Under the pieces are notes generated by a model. That model was not told the DNA's origin and did no database searches. It worked only from the letters and a program-made list of their open reading frames with translations. Below, piece by piece: positions 19,147 to 28,703 of a DNA stretch of 64,000 nt. Location of the stretch: the NCBI GenBank assembly GCA_963797115.1, contig CAWCOH010000002.1, positions 643,168-707,167 on the forward strand, given 5' to 3'. The stretch's first letter is position 1, and every line of letters begins with the position of its first letter. Position numbers and translations under genes: made by a program. The stretch is from an uncultured Alphaproteobacteria bacterium. Lineage in GTDB: Bacteria; Pseudomonadota; Alphaproteobacteria; ATCC43930; CGMCC-115725.

Positions 19147-21022
19147 GGAAGATCTGGTACCACAATTCGAGGCTCAACAGACCCCAGGTTTTGCGCGAAA
19201 AACGGCTGGCGCTCTCGAAATTGGCGAGAACCGCATTAGCGTTTAGATAGGGGCGCTGGCGCGCATTGCGGCTGCGGAAGGTGTCCTGCACGAGGTCGTG
19301 CAACTCGCCTGAAAACCACTCCTTCAGCGGAACCGGAAAGCCCATCTTGTCACGGCGTGCCGCGATTGGCTCCGGCAGCTCACCCTCGTAGGCGAGCTTC
19401 AGCAAATGCTTCATTTGGCCGCCTCGGAACTTGACGTCGGCCGGCACGGTGGCGGCAAATTCGATCAACGGGTGGTCGAGCAAGGGCACTCGGCTCTCCA
19501 GCCCATGCGCCATGCTCATCCGGTCCTCGACCTGGAGCAAGGCCGGCAGCAGGCATTTGAAATCAAAATGAGTCATCTTGTCGAAATAGGCCTCTTTATG
19601 GACGTTGCTCTGACTATTGAAGATTGCAAGGAAGCTTTCTAGTACCCGATCCCGATCGAGCGATGACCAGTCGACTTCCTGCTCCATATCGGTGGAGCGG
19701 TCGACGAGCCGGAAATAGCGCTGGTCGAGCCCGCCGAAGAGGCCTTCTCGCCAAAACTCGGTCATTAACGGTTTGTACTCGCGCAATAGCCCAAGGTTAG
19801 GTACAATCGATTCTATGGTGACGACAAAGTTGCCGTTCTTGTACGTGCCATCGAGTGCTGCTTTGATGCATTGCTCGAAGTAGGCAAGCAGGTAACGGGC
19901 ATAGCCGCCGAAGATCTCGTCGCCACCCTGACCTCCGAGGACCACCTTCAAATGGCGTGCGGCGAGTTGCGAGACCATGAACTGTGGGAACGAGCCGGGC
20001 CCGGCCACCGGAAAATCGAGGTGGTACAGCACATCTGCGATGTGGTCGCGAAAGTGCTGGGCAGTGATGTCTATGACGTGGAGACGGGCGCCAGCCTCTG
20101 CGACCGCAGTCGCCGCGTAATCGCTCTCGTCGTAGCCCTGGAATTGGGTAAAGCGGCCGTGGAAGCAGTTGGCGATGCCGCGATCGGTTTTGCCGGCGAG
20201 GATCGCGATCAGGCTCGAATCCACCCCCCCGGAGACATAGGCGCCGACTGGCACATCGCTGCGCAGGTGCATCCGTATCGAGTTGTCCAGCAGCTCGACC
20301 AGACGCTTCTCGAAAAATCGTGCGCTATGGTCGTAATCTATCTCGTAACGGACGTCCCAATAGCGCCAAACGCGGACCACGCCGTTCTCGACGGCCAGCG
20401 CATGACCCGGCAAAAGTTGTTTGACGCCTCGGAACAGGGTGGCCTCGCCGATCGTGTACTGGAAAGTCAGATATTCGGCGAGCGCGTCGGGATCGCTTTC
20501 GATCGAGGGCAGGAAAGGAAGTAGTGCTTTTGCCTCCGAGGCGAACACGAACTGATTTCCGACAACAGCATAATAGAACGGTTTGATGCCGAAGCGGTCA
20601 CGTGCGCAGAATAGGCGCTTGCGCCGGTCGTCCCAGATCGCAAAGGCGAACATGCCGCGCAGCCGGTCGAGACAGCCGGATTCGTAACGGTCATAGGCGG
20701 CGAGGAGGCATTCGGTGTCCGAAGTCGAGCGAAAATCCCAGCCGGGCGACAGCGCGTCACGAAGCTCCAGATAGTTGTAGACCTCACCATTGTAGGTGAT
20801 CGCCGTTGGTCCCGGCGCGACCATCGGCTGGCGCGCGGCATCGCTCAGATCGATGATCGCGAGCCGGCGGTGGACGAGCCCGGCGCAACGCGATCCGGCT
20901 ATCCAGGCGCCGTCGCCGTCCGGCCCGCGATGCGCAACCATGGTTCCGAGCAGATCGAGCGCGGCGCCGAGCCGGACAACCGGCGACCCGTCCGTCGAAA
21001 CGATACCCGCGATCCCGCACAT
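19064..21022 (-). CDS. AsnB-family glutamine-dependent amidotransferase (paralogue 2)
   Basis: Start set at MCGIAG (ATG 21022). Carries RLAIIDLS..ARQPM and the PP-loop YVSGGVDSS. Confidence 0.93.
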   Translation of the reverse strand: MCGIAGIVSTDGSPVVRLGAALDLLGTMVAHRGPDGDGAWIAGSRCAGLVHRRLAIIDLSDAARQPMVAPGPTAITYNGEVYNYLELRDALSPGWDFRSTSDTECLLAAYDRYESGCLDRLRGMFAFAIWDDRRKRLFCARDRFGIKPFYYAVVGNQFVFASEAKALLPFLPSIESDPDALAEYLTFQYTIGEATLFRGVKQLLPGHALAVENGVVRVWRYWDVRYEIDYDHSARFFEKRLVELLDNSIRMHLRSDVPVGAYVSGGVDSSLIAILAGKTDRGIANCFHGRFTQFQGYDESDYAATAVAEAGARLHVIDITAQHFRDHIADVLYHLDFPVAGPGSFPQFMVSQLAARHLKVVLGGQGGDEIFGGYARYLLAYFEQCIKAALDGTYKNGNFVVTIESIVPNLGLLREYKPLMTEFWREGLFGGLDQRYFRLVDRSTDMEQEVDWSSLDRDRVLESFLAIFNSQSNVHKEAYFDKMTHFDFKCLLPALLQVEDRMSMAHGLESRVPLLDHPLIEFAATVPADVKFRGGQMKHLLKLAYEGELPEPIAARRDKMGFPVPLKEWFSGELHDLVQDTFRSRNARQRPYLNANAVLANFESASRFSRKTWGLLSLELWYQIFHDRAAQYRRMLAEAAGEETAMAAGDGC

Positions 21023-21476
21023 AGCTGCTCGCCTAAAAACTAAGACCATTGTGGCCGGGTTGGGTCCAGCGACCCCACACGGCAGCTCGAGCTGCGAAAC
21101 CCCTGCGTGGCGGCCGGTTCACTCCCGGCTTAACGGGAAAAGTCGATATTTCGCCATCTCGCGGTATAAGACCGCACAGGGTGGTGATCTGGTCTGACCA
21201 GAACGGCCTAGGCGGGTTGCGACTCGGCATTCCTAAAATTGCCCAATTTGTGCGATATCTCTGCCAATGCTCAGGTGGCCCAGGCAAACCACCCGTTGAG
21301 CCGGCCCACGATCTCGGCGCACTCGAGCTCTACAACCTGAAGACGATCTCCCGCTGCAGACCCGCTGCAGGTGCAGCGGTCTGTCATATATGAGACAACC
21401 ACAAGTAGGAGGGTGTTCGAGCCGGCATCAGACCGTTACCGCTACCCTGCCGCCGACATATGGCGGCGCTCTCCGG

Positions 21477-22940
21477 TCACTCAGCAGCCCGCACAGCTGC
21501 CATTTCTACCACTCCCTCGTCGACATCGTCGGCCGTGCGATAGAGCGCGTAGAGGGTCTTGGCCTGGACTTGCCAATTGAAGCGTTCGCGAGCGAACCGC
21601 ATGGCATTCTCGCGACTGTGTTTGAGCAATTCAGGATCGCCGACCACACGGTGGACCGCCGCGGCAAGGGTGTCGAGGTCGGCAGAATCGTAGAAGACCC
21701 CAGCCTCCGCCTCGATCAGTACCGACTTTACGTAGGGAAGATCGTTGGCGATCACCGTCAGCCCCGCATGCAGATATTGCGACAGCTTGTTGGGGCAGGA
21801 GAGCCGATCGTTGATGATCAACGGCTTATAGGGAATGATGCCAATTTCGGCCTCGGCGGCCGCCGCAACCAATTGGTCTTCCTTAACTGCGTCCAGGAAG
21901 TAAACGCTGCGGTCGAGCAGTCCGAGGCGCGCGGCGAGCGCCATTGCAGCTTGGCGCCACATGTTGTCGGGTCCGCGCAAGAAGAGGGCGGCCCGGCCGC
22001 CGTCGATCCTTGCCCAACCTTCGATCAACTCGTCAATTCCCCGGCCGCGGGTAAATCGCCCCTGGAAGAGGCACCTGGTTCGGCCCGCTGCGAGCCGCTC
22101 CATCTCAGAACCCTTGGCCGGTTTCGGCCGGGTCTCGACCCACGGCTCGGCATTAGGCACGGCATAGACGCGTTCGAGCCCATAGGCGTCCCGCATCGCC
22201 GCGGCGAGAGCCGGGTTGACGGTAATGACAGCGTCAGCCTTGTGGATAAGGTATCGTTCCAGCATCGAGAAGAAGGTGACGTCGATCCACCGTCCGTCCG
22301 GATCGCTGTGCGGATAGAACTCGTGGGCATCGAATATTAGACGGCATCCATAATGCTGCTTCGCTAGCGCTCCGACCAAGAGGGTATCGAGATCGTTGCA
22401 GTGGACTACATCAGGTTTCTCCGGCAAATCGCGTACGTAGTTCCAGAAGAGCGATGTCGCGGTGGCGAACTGTACCCGGAGAACAGCCAAAATGAACTGC
22501 AGTCTGGCGATGGATCGGCTGCGGACGAGACCCAGAGGCGTCGAGAAGCGAATCGCCTTGAGGAACAGCGAAACGGTCACCAGCCGCAACACCAAACGCG
22601 CCATTCCACTCAACAGGCGGAGCAATATCTCCGCCAAGACCATGAACGGCAAGATCAGCACAACCAGGATCCCTAGGAGAACGCGAATCGGGCTCGGGAC
22701 AAGGTCCTTCAGCCGCCACAGATAATAGGCCGCGCTCACCTGGTTCGGCCGCAACCGCACCAGCCGGTAGCCGTCCACGCTCTCCACTCCGGGCAGTGAT
22801 CCGTCATCCCGGTTGAAGCCGAGCACCGACACAACAAAGCGGTGAGCCGCTCCTTCGGCTTCCCAGCGGATGCGGGGATCGAGAGTCGGCTCGTGCGCAC
22901 AGATCATCAGAACTCTGAGGGGTCTGGTCGCAGAGATCAC
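21477..22940 (-). CDS. GT4-type (GT-B) glycosyltransferase with an inserted hydrophobic segment
   Basis: 487 aa with LRVLMICAHEPTLDPR, the hydrophobic stretch VLLGILVVLILPFMVLAEILL, FDAHEFYP, and CPNKLSQYLHAGL in the C-terminal GT1 domain. Its architecture parallels the middle module of the 988-aa protein (GHEPTMDPR, YDAHEFWP, SPNKLSQYMAAGV). Confidence 0.85.
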   Translation of the reverse strand: MISATRPLRVLMICAHEPTLDPRIRWEAEGAAHRFVVSVLGFNRDDGSLPGVESVDGYRLVRLRPNQVSAAYYLWRLKDLVPSPIRVLLGILVVLILPFMVLAEILLRLLSGMARLVLRLVTVSLFLKAIRFSTPLGLVRSRSIARLQFILAVLRVQFATATSLFWNYVRDLPEKPDVVHCNDLDTLLVGALAKQHYGCRLIFDAHEFYPHSDPDGRWIDVTFFSMLERYLIHKADAVITVNPALAAAMRDAYGLERVYAVPNAEPWVETRPKPAKGSEMERLAAGRTRCLFQGRFTRGRGIDELIEGWARIDGGRAALFLRGPDNMWRQAAMALAARLGLLDRSVYFLDAVKEDQLVAAAAEAEIGIIPYKPLIINDRLSCPNKLSQYLHAGLTVIANDLPYVKSVLIEAEAGVFYDSADLDTLAAAVHRVVGDPELLKHSRENAMRFARERFNWQVQAKTLYALYRTADDVDEGVVEMAAVRAAE

Positions 22941-23044
22941 GGCTGGCCTCTTGCGAAGGATTCTCGTGAAATCGTGTAGCCGGCCTTAGCGGTCATTCCT
23001 GACAAATAGTCTTTGGAACAACAAGACGGAGCCATGGGCTCTAG

Positions 23045-24373
23045 CTAAGCCGAGGAGATTTCCCGGCCACTTTTGTTGGCTCCGATCCTTACGCCGCGAT
23101 AGGACCGCCATGCGGCGAGCAATCCCGAGGAGCGGACCAATTGAGGACGGATGGTCCCGGCCAGCTCTTGATAACGGCGCTCCACGCGACGCGCCTGCTC
23201 GTCGAGGTCGCCTTCGCGACGTACGATGTCGAGCGCGTTTCTGGCGAGCTTTGCCCGTAGGCAAGGGTCCTCCAGCAAGCACGTAATCCCATCGGCGATC
23301 GCTTCGGGGGTAGCTTCGACGAAATAGGCACTCTCTTTATGCCGCACGATCTCTTCGTATCGCGCCAGCTTGCTGAGCACGTTGGGGGTCTCGCACGCCA
23401 TGCTCTCGAGGAGGGTCTGGGGCAGCCCGTCCGAGGAGGGCACCGCAACGGCGATCTCCGCCAGACTATAATACCGTGGCATCTCGGCGTGATCGATACG
23501 CCCGCAGAGCAAGACATGCTGGCCAAGGCCCAACCCCTCGATAAGTCGGGTGATCTCGGACCTGTAGTTGGGATCGGGCGAATATTCGGTCACTAGGAGG
23601 ATCGCCTCGGGAAATATCCGGCTTACCGTTGCCATCGCCTTGACGACGAGGTGGACACGATAGAGCGGCCGCAAGATTTTAGGGCTGAGAATCACCCGCC
23701 GATGCGAAGCGAGCCGTAGGGATCGCCGCAACTCTGAAGCCTCAACGCGTCGAAATTTGGCGACCGGGACGCCCCAAATGATACGCTCGGCTTTGCCCCC
23801 GAACCCCCCCAGTTGGTCGAGCACGTCGCTCAAGTAGTTCGATTTCGAGGTGATGTAGTCGGCCTTTCGCAACAATTCGAGCGTCAACCATTTCCCCACC
23901 GGGGTTGGGCTCCCCTGCTCCTCGAACAACACGTCCCCGCCCATAACGGTCACAACCAGGGGACGGCAACTCAGCACACCGGCGAGCCAGCCATAGTAGC
24001 TGTAGGCGAAATGGACGTGCACGATATCGGGGCGGCACCGACGCAACAGCCGGATAAAGGTGATCACCCGCCACGCGTCGTCGACCTTCCTCCCGCCGAT
24101 CCTGCGGGAGCCCCACAAGATCAACCGAAACCAGAACCTTCGCGCGAACTCAGGGTCGAGGGCCGGCACCAATTGAGTGACGCCCTCAATCCCGGCGGAG
24201 CTTGCGGTCTCGGTAATGAGGTAGACCCGGTGACCCATTTCGGCGAAACAGCGTGCACGCGCCGCAACGTGGGTGCTCTCGGCGGCGCCGATCAGGCAGA
24301 GAGTGAGCTTCCTGCTCGTCGGAGGCGCAATTGGCCCGGGCTCGACCCGGGCCAAATCCGCAAGTGCGCTCAC
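23045..24373 (-). CDS. GT4-type glycosyltransferase
   Basis: 442 aa with an N-terminal Rossmann LTLCLIGAAESTHV, VHVHFAYSY and the E..E-type C-terminal block SDGLPQTLLESMACETP. 4-nt overlap with the upstream AsnB gene. Confidence 0.85.
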   Translation of the reverse strand: MSALADLARVEPGPIAPPTSRKLTLCLIGAAESTHVAARARCFAEMGHRVYLITETASSAGIEGVTQLVPALDPEFARRFWFRLILWGSRRIGGRKVDDAWRVITFIRLLRRCRPDIVHVHFAYSYYGWLAGVLSCRPLVVTVMGGDVLFEEQGSPTPVGKWLTLELLRKADYITSKSNYLSDVLDQLGGFGGKAERIIWGVPVAKFRRVEASELRRSLRLASHRRVILSPKILRPLYRVHLVVKAMATVSRIFPEAILLVTEYSPDPNYRSEITRLIEGLGLGQHVLLCGRIDHAEMPRYYSLAEIAVAVPSSDGLPQTLLESMACETPNVLSKLARYEEIVRHKESAYFVEATPEAIADGITCLLEDPCLRAKLARNALDIVRREGDLDEQARRVERRYQELAGTIRPQLVRSSGLLAAWRSYRGVRIGANKSGREISSA

Positions 24374-26298
24374 CCCGGCAACCCCGGCTCGACTGCCGGC
24401 GTCGGCATCGGAGCGAGGCAGTCGCGCCGATCGACGAATTTTTGGTACCAGAGCTCCAACATCAACAGCGCGAAGATCTTGTTCGAAGCATCCACCCGCC
24501 CCGAGAAGTGGTCATCGAGCAACGCTGTCACCCGCTGGGCGCGGTAGAGGCCACGCCCGCTGAATTGTGCACTCGCGAAACTGTCGCGCACGAAATCCTT
24601 CAATTGCGCCCGCATCCACAGCTTCATCGGGACGTTGAAGCCTTGTTTCGGCCGATAGAGAATCGGCTTAGGGAGGTGAGCCTCCATCGCCTTCTTGACG
24701 AGATACTTGCCTTCGACGCCCCGTAGCTTGTGCCGGGAAGGCACCCTGAACGCCCACTCAACCAGATGGTGGTCGAGGAAGGGCACGCGCGCCTCTAGCC
24801 CGTGCGCCATCGTCATCCGGTCCACCTTCGTCAACATCTCGCTGACAAGCGTCGTCTTGATGTCGGTATAGAGCTTGCGCTGAAGCTGATCCGTTCCGGG
24901 CGCGTCGTCGAGACAACGTTGCACGACGTTGTCGTCCAGCGCGTCCAGAATCGGTCTGGCGAAATCGGGCTCCAGGAGTTCGGCCAAATCCTCGCGGTGG
25001 AAGCATGCAAAAGACCGAAGATAGCGTCCGTCTCGAGGCGAAATAGACCGGCGCCGCCGCCGCAGGGTTGCGGGCACGAGGCCGGCCAGCGCCCCGATCG
25101 CGCGCAATGCGGGCGCGAAGCCATTCGCCACGGCCCCGGCCACGCCCGAGATCGGCGGGAAATCCGCGTGGCGCCAGACATAGCCTGCGAAGACCTCGTC
25201 GCCACCATCGCCACTGAGCGTCACCTTGACGTGCCGCCGTGCAAGTTGTGCCAAAAAGTATAGCGCGAAGGCTGAGGAGATGGCGAAGGGCTCATCGGAA
25301 TGCCAGACGACCCGAGAGAGACCATCGACCAGATCCGGGGTGAGGTTGAATTCGTGGTGACGGGTGTTGCAATGTCCAGCGACGGCGGCAGCATAGTGGC
25401 TCTCGTCAAATTCGGCCAAGCCTGAGAAAGTGATGCTGAAGGTTTCGATCGGCGTCCGTGCCATCTGCGCCCCGACGGACACAATCGCGCTCGAATCGAC
25501 ACCCCCGCTCAGGAACGCTCCGACCGGCACGTCGGCAACCATGTGCGATCGCACCGCCGTTGCGAAACGCGCCTCGAACTCTCCGCATGCCGCCTCTAGG
25601 GATAGGCAGGGGTCCGAATCGATCGTGAGATCCCAGTAACGACGCCGTTCGATGCCGCGGCGGGTGACCTTCAGGTAGTAGCCGGGCGGCAATTTTTTTA
25701 CCCCTTTGAGAATGCAGCGCGCGTCGGGAATGCTAAGGAGCTGTAAGTACTCGGCGAGTGCGGTGTCATCGATCTCGCTTGCCACTCGTGGGTCGGCCAA
25801 AAGCCCCTTCATCTCGGAGGCGAACAGAAAATGCCTTTCGTCAGCGAAATAATAGAGTGGTTTGATGCCTAGGCGGTCGCGCGCGAGGAGTAGGCGTCGC
25901 TGGCGCGCGTCCCAGATTGCAAGCGCAAACATGCCGTCGACTTCGTCGAGAAAGCTCTCGCCCCGCTCTTGGTAGAGCCGGAGGATAACTTCGGTATCCG
26001 ATGTCGAGCGAAACCGATGGCCGCGGTGCCGCAAGCCCTCGGCCAGCTCGCCATAATTGTAGCACTCGCCATTGTAGGTGATCCAGATCGCACCGTCGTC
26101 GCTACCCATCGGCTGGTGGCCGCCGGGCGAAAGGTCGATGATCGACAATCTCCGATGACCGAGGCCGATATTCCCCGAAAGCCAATGGCCGCTGTCGTCC
26201 GGGCCGCGATGCGCAATAAGATCCGTCATCCGTTGGAGCAAATGCGGGTCGACGCGCGCCGCCGGATCAAACTCGAAGATCCCGGCAATACCGCACAT
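24370..26298 (-). CDS. AsnB-family glutamine-dependent amidotransferase (paralogue 3)
   Basis: 642 aa with MCGIAG, RLSIIDLSPGGHQPM and the PP-loop FLSGGVDSS. Confidence 0.93.
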   Translation of the reverse strand: MCGIAGIFEFDPAARVDPHLLQRMTDLIAHRGPDDSGHWLSGNIGLGHRRLSIIDLSPGGHQPMGSDDGAIWITYNGECYNYGELAEGLRHRGHRFRSTSDTEVILRLYQERGESFLDEVDGMFALAIWDARQRRLLLARDRLGIKPLYYFADERHFLFASEMKGLLADPRVASEIDDTALAEYLQLLSIPDARCILKGVKKLPPGYYLKVTRRGIERRRYWDLTIDSDPCLSLEAACGEFEARFATAVRSHMVADVPVGAFLSGGVDSSAIVSVGAQMARTPIETFSITFSGLAEFDESHYAAAVAGHCNTRHHEFNLTPDLVDGLSRVVWHSDEPFAISSAFALYFLAQLARRHVKVTLSGDGGDEVFAGYVWRHADFPPISGVAGAVANGFAPALRAIGALAGLVPATLRRRRRSISPRDGRYLRSFACFHREDLAELLEPDFARPILDALDDNVVQRCLDDAPGTDQLQRKLYTDIKTTLVSEMLTKVDRMTMAHGLEARVPFLDHHLVEWAFRVPSRHKLRGVEGKYLVKKAMEAHLPKPILYRPKQGFNVPMKLWMRAQLKDFVRDSFASAQFSGRGLYRAQRVTALLDDHFSGRVDASNKIFALLMLELWYQKFVDRRDCLAPMPTPAVEPGLPG

Positions 26299-26307
26299 CA
26301 GAGAAGC

Positions 26308-27318
26308 TTATGGCCCCGCAGGCTTTATCGCCCGCGCCTCGACGCCGTTGCCGCCATAGCTCGCCTCTATATTCTGGAGGCCGAGGCGCTGAAGGAGGAC
26401 GGCGATTTGCTCCACAGTACGCTTGTGCTTGTAAAAGTCGGTCAGTGCGTCATGAGTATCGAGAGCGGCCCACGCGTATAGGAGGCGGGGCCCGAGCCGG
26501 CTGTAATAATCGTGATAGTCCAGTACGGGCGAGAGCTGAAGCCAGCGTCTACGCCCGGCAGCGATCCAGCGATAATCGGACAGGCGCCACAACAGCCGAT
26601 GCGTTGGCCACAGGATCGTCACGATGGCCCGAACGAGGGCCAGCGCAAATCGAGGACTCCTGCGAATCAGAAATGCCCGCAAAAGTTGACGAACCCGCGT
26701 CATGTCGCTCGCGTCGTATCGATAGTGGTCAATGATAAGCGAACCTCCCGGCTTGACGAAATCACAGAGAACCGTGATCGTTTCTTCGGGATCGGGTGTG
26801 TGTTAAATCACGCCGAGGCAAATCACGAAATCGAACGCTTCCCGGCGCGCCGGAAGCTCGCGCAGATCGGCTTGACAGACAAAATAACCCGCCGCTCCAC
26901 GGCAATTGTCATAATTGGCTTCGACCGCCGCGGACAGGTCGCTTGCAAACACCCGGGCTCCGTGTTTAAGCAACAACTCGGTGAAACGACCCGCGCCACA
27001 TCCCACCTCCAGCACATTCTTGTCGCGAACCACGGCCAACGACCCGCCGAGGCAGCGTGTCAGGCGATCTCGTGAAATCGCGGTACCGGTAGAAGAATCG
27101 AGCTGCGTGCGTCGGTATCTCTTCCATTGCTCGCCGAAGCCGGCAGCATAACCGTCCCAACCGACAAATCGCGGGACACTGCGTACGACAGGGATGCGGC
27201 ACCCGGATCGGCAGACGATTGTTCGGGTCAAGGGCGTTATATCTATGGCGCCCTCTTCGCTCAAGAGTGGAAAGCCGTGTGTGAGGCAACACAGTTCTTC
27301 GGGCAGGCGCATTGGCAA
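26308..27318 (-). pseudogene. class I SAM-dependent methyltransferase interrupted by one in-frame TAA
   Basis: ORFs 26803-27318 and 26308-26703 lie in the same frame. Read-through gives ...VLEVGCGAGRFTELL...FDFVICLGVI*HTPDPEETITVLCDFVKPGGSLIIDHY..., a complete methyltransferase fold. The stop (minus strand, 26803-26805) sits where Q or E is expected before the conserved H. Confidence 0.8.
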
Positions 27319-27332
27319 TCAGCAAACTCGAC

Positions 27333-28535
27333 CTACGTCCGCGCGGTGGCAGTTACGGTCTTGAGCAGATGCTCGACCCGGTGGGCATAAGTGTGCTGGG
27401 TCATCACGTAATCGTAAGTCTCCTCTACCATACGCCGTCTGTAATCATCGTCGCGGAACCGCTCTAATGCTTCATCTATATTTCCGAAATCTTTGCGAAG
27501 GGCGATGTAATGCCGGTCGGCTTCGATGATGCCGTTGTACTGCCCGGTGATTAAGATCTGGCAGGTCTTGGTACCGACGGGTTCGAAATGTCGAGACGAT
27601 ATGCTCTTGCCAAATATTTCGCGGGACTGGCACCGGTAGAACTTATCGAATACTTCGTCGAAACTTGCCTCACGATTTTCGGAGAGATTATAGGCCCGCG
27701 CCCGCTCTAGCAACTTGCCGCGCTCATTGAGATAATAACTGCCGGATTCGGCGCCGATGGTAGCCCTGCAGCCGTTCAGGAAGTGTCTCCATTCCTGACG
27801 GCCGAGCCGCTGTCTGCGAATATCACAATGCAGGCCGCGCTTGGCGCCGTGCCGCTCGAACCACTCGATCAAATCCGTTCTTTCGCGGTCGCCGACAAAA
27901 GGCCAATAAATTTCCCCGACAAAGCCGATATCGATGGCGCGCGGTATTGCGGATTCGGGGAAGTAGGCCCTTGGGTTGAGGGCATGTGGCATCTCGACAA
28001 TGCGGCTCCTTTCGCATTCTTGGTACAGATAGCCGGCGGTCGCCAACGGGAGCTGAGTGCAGATGAATTCGGCTTCGGTCTCGCGGAGAAAAGCGATCTT
28101 GTCGTCCAAAATATCGTACTCGTTGCCGATGAATACGACCAGCGGCGCCCGCCGCCGGTCGAACCACCGTGCCGCGCGCCGCAACACGGTCAAGTCATCA
28201 CCGGCGGCAACATGCGACACCACAATCAGATCGTATTTCTGCAGCCGCAATAGACAGCGCCCGAAATGGACCAGGTTGTTGATGTTGCACACCTCGACAC
28301 TCAGATCGGGGGCGTCCAGGAAGGCCTCGCGCCAATCAGCAGCGTAGGACAATTGGGCGTAGACATCGCGCAATTCGGAGAACAGGGTATTGATCCACCG
28401 ATAGCGCTGCAGCAGTACGGGCGGGCGGTCGCCATTCCGATAGCCGAGCATCTGGCGCAGCACCGTGTCGACAACGAGCATTTGCGATCCGACCCCATTC
28501 GCGTCGAGATATAGGGTGTGCAGGCGATCCGTCAT
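27333..28535 (-). CDS. CgeB-like glycosyltransferase-fold protein (module 2)
   Basis: Paralogue of 10236-11447 (ISSRHFEPVGTKTCQILITGQYNGIIEADRHYIALRKDFGNIDEALERF; FIGNEYDIL versus FVANEYNLP). The start is set at ATG 28535 (MTDRLHTLYLD) to match the paralogue length; the open frame continues to 28691. Confidence 0.75.
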   Translation of the reverse strand: MTDRLHTLYLDANGVGSQMLVVDTVLRQMLGYRNGDRPPVLLQRYRWINTLFSELRDVYAQLSYAADWREAFLDAPDLSVEVCNINNLVHFGRCLLRLQKYDLIVVSHVAAGDDLTVLRRAARWFDRRRAPLVVFIGNEYDILDDKIAFLRETEAEFICTQLPLATAGYLYQECERSRIVEMPHALNPRAYFPESAIPRAIDIGFVGEIYWPFVGDRERTDLIEWFERHGAKRGLHCDIRRQRLGRQEWRHFLNGCRATIGAESGSYYLNERGKLLERARAYNLSENREASFDEVFDKFYRCQSREIFGKSISSRHFEPVGTKTCQILITGQYNGIIEADRHYIALRKDFGNIDEALERFRDDDYRRRMVEETYDYVMTQHTYAHRVEHLLKTVTATART

Positions 28536-28703
28536 GTAGGGTCCAAGAGAGCCCGCTGTCGGGGCAGCGGTCACGCGGCTACTGGGCGCGACTATGGCAA
28601 TCGGGCGAACCCGATACCGCAAACAATCAATCGGCGTGTACTGGCGACAGCGGCCGCAATAGCAGGCATAATTTCGCGAGCGTGCGAGCAAATCACTCGT
28701 CGT

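Noticed and set aside
21033-21393. Two overlapping ORFs (84 aa minus, 114 aa plus) in the internal gap of the glycan locus
   Set aside because: Both are Pro/Arg/Gly-rich without motifs or a convincing SD. I treat the gap as non-coding (see the finding for 21023-21476).
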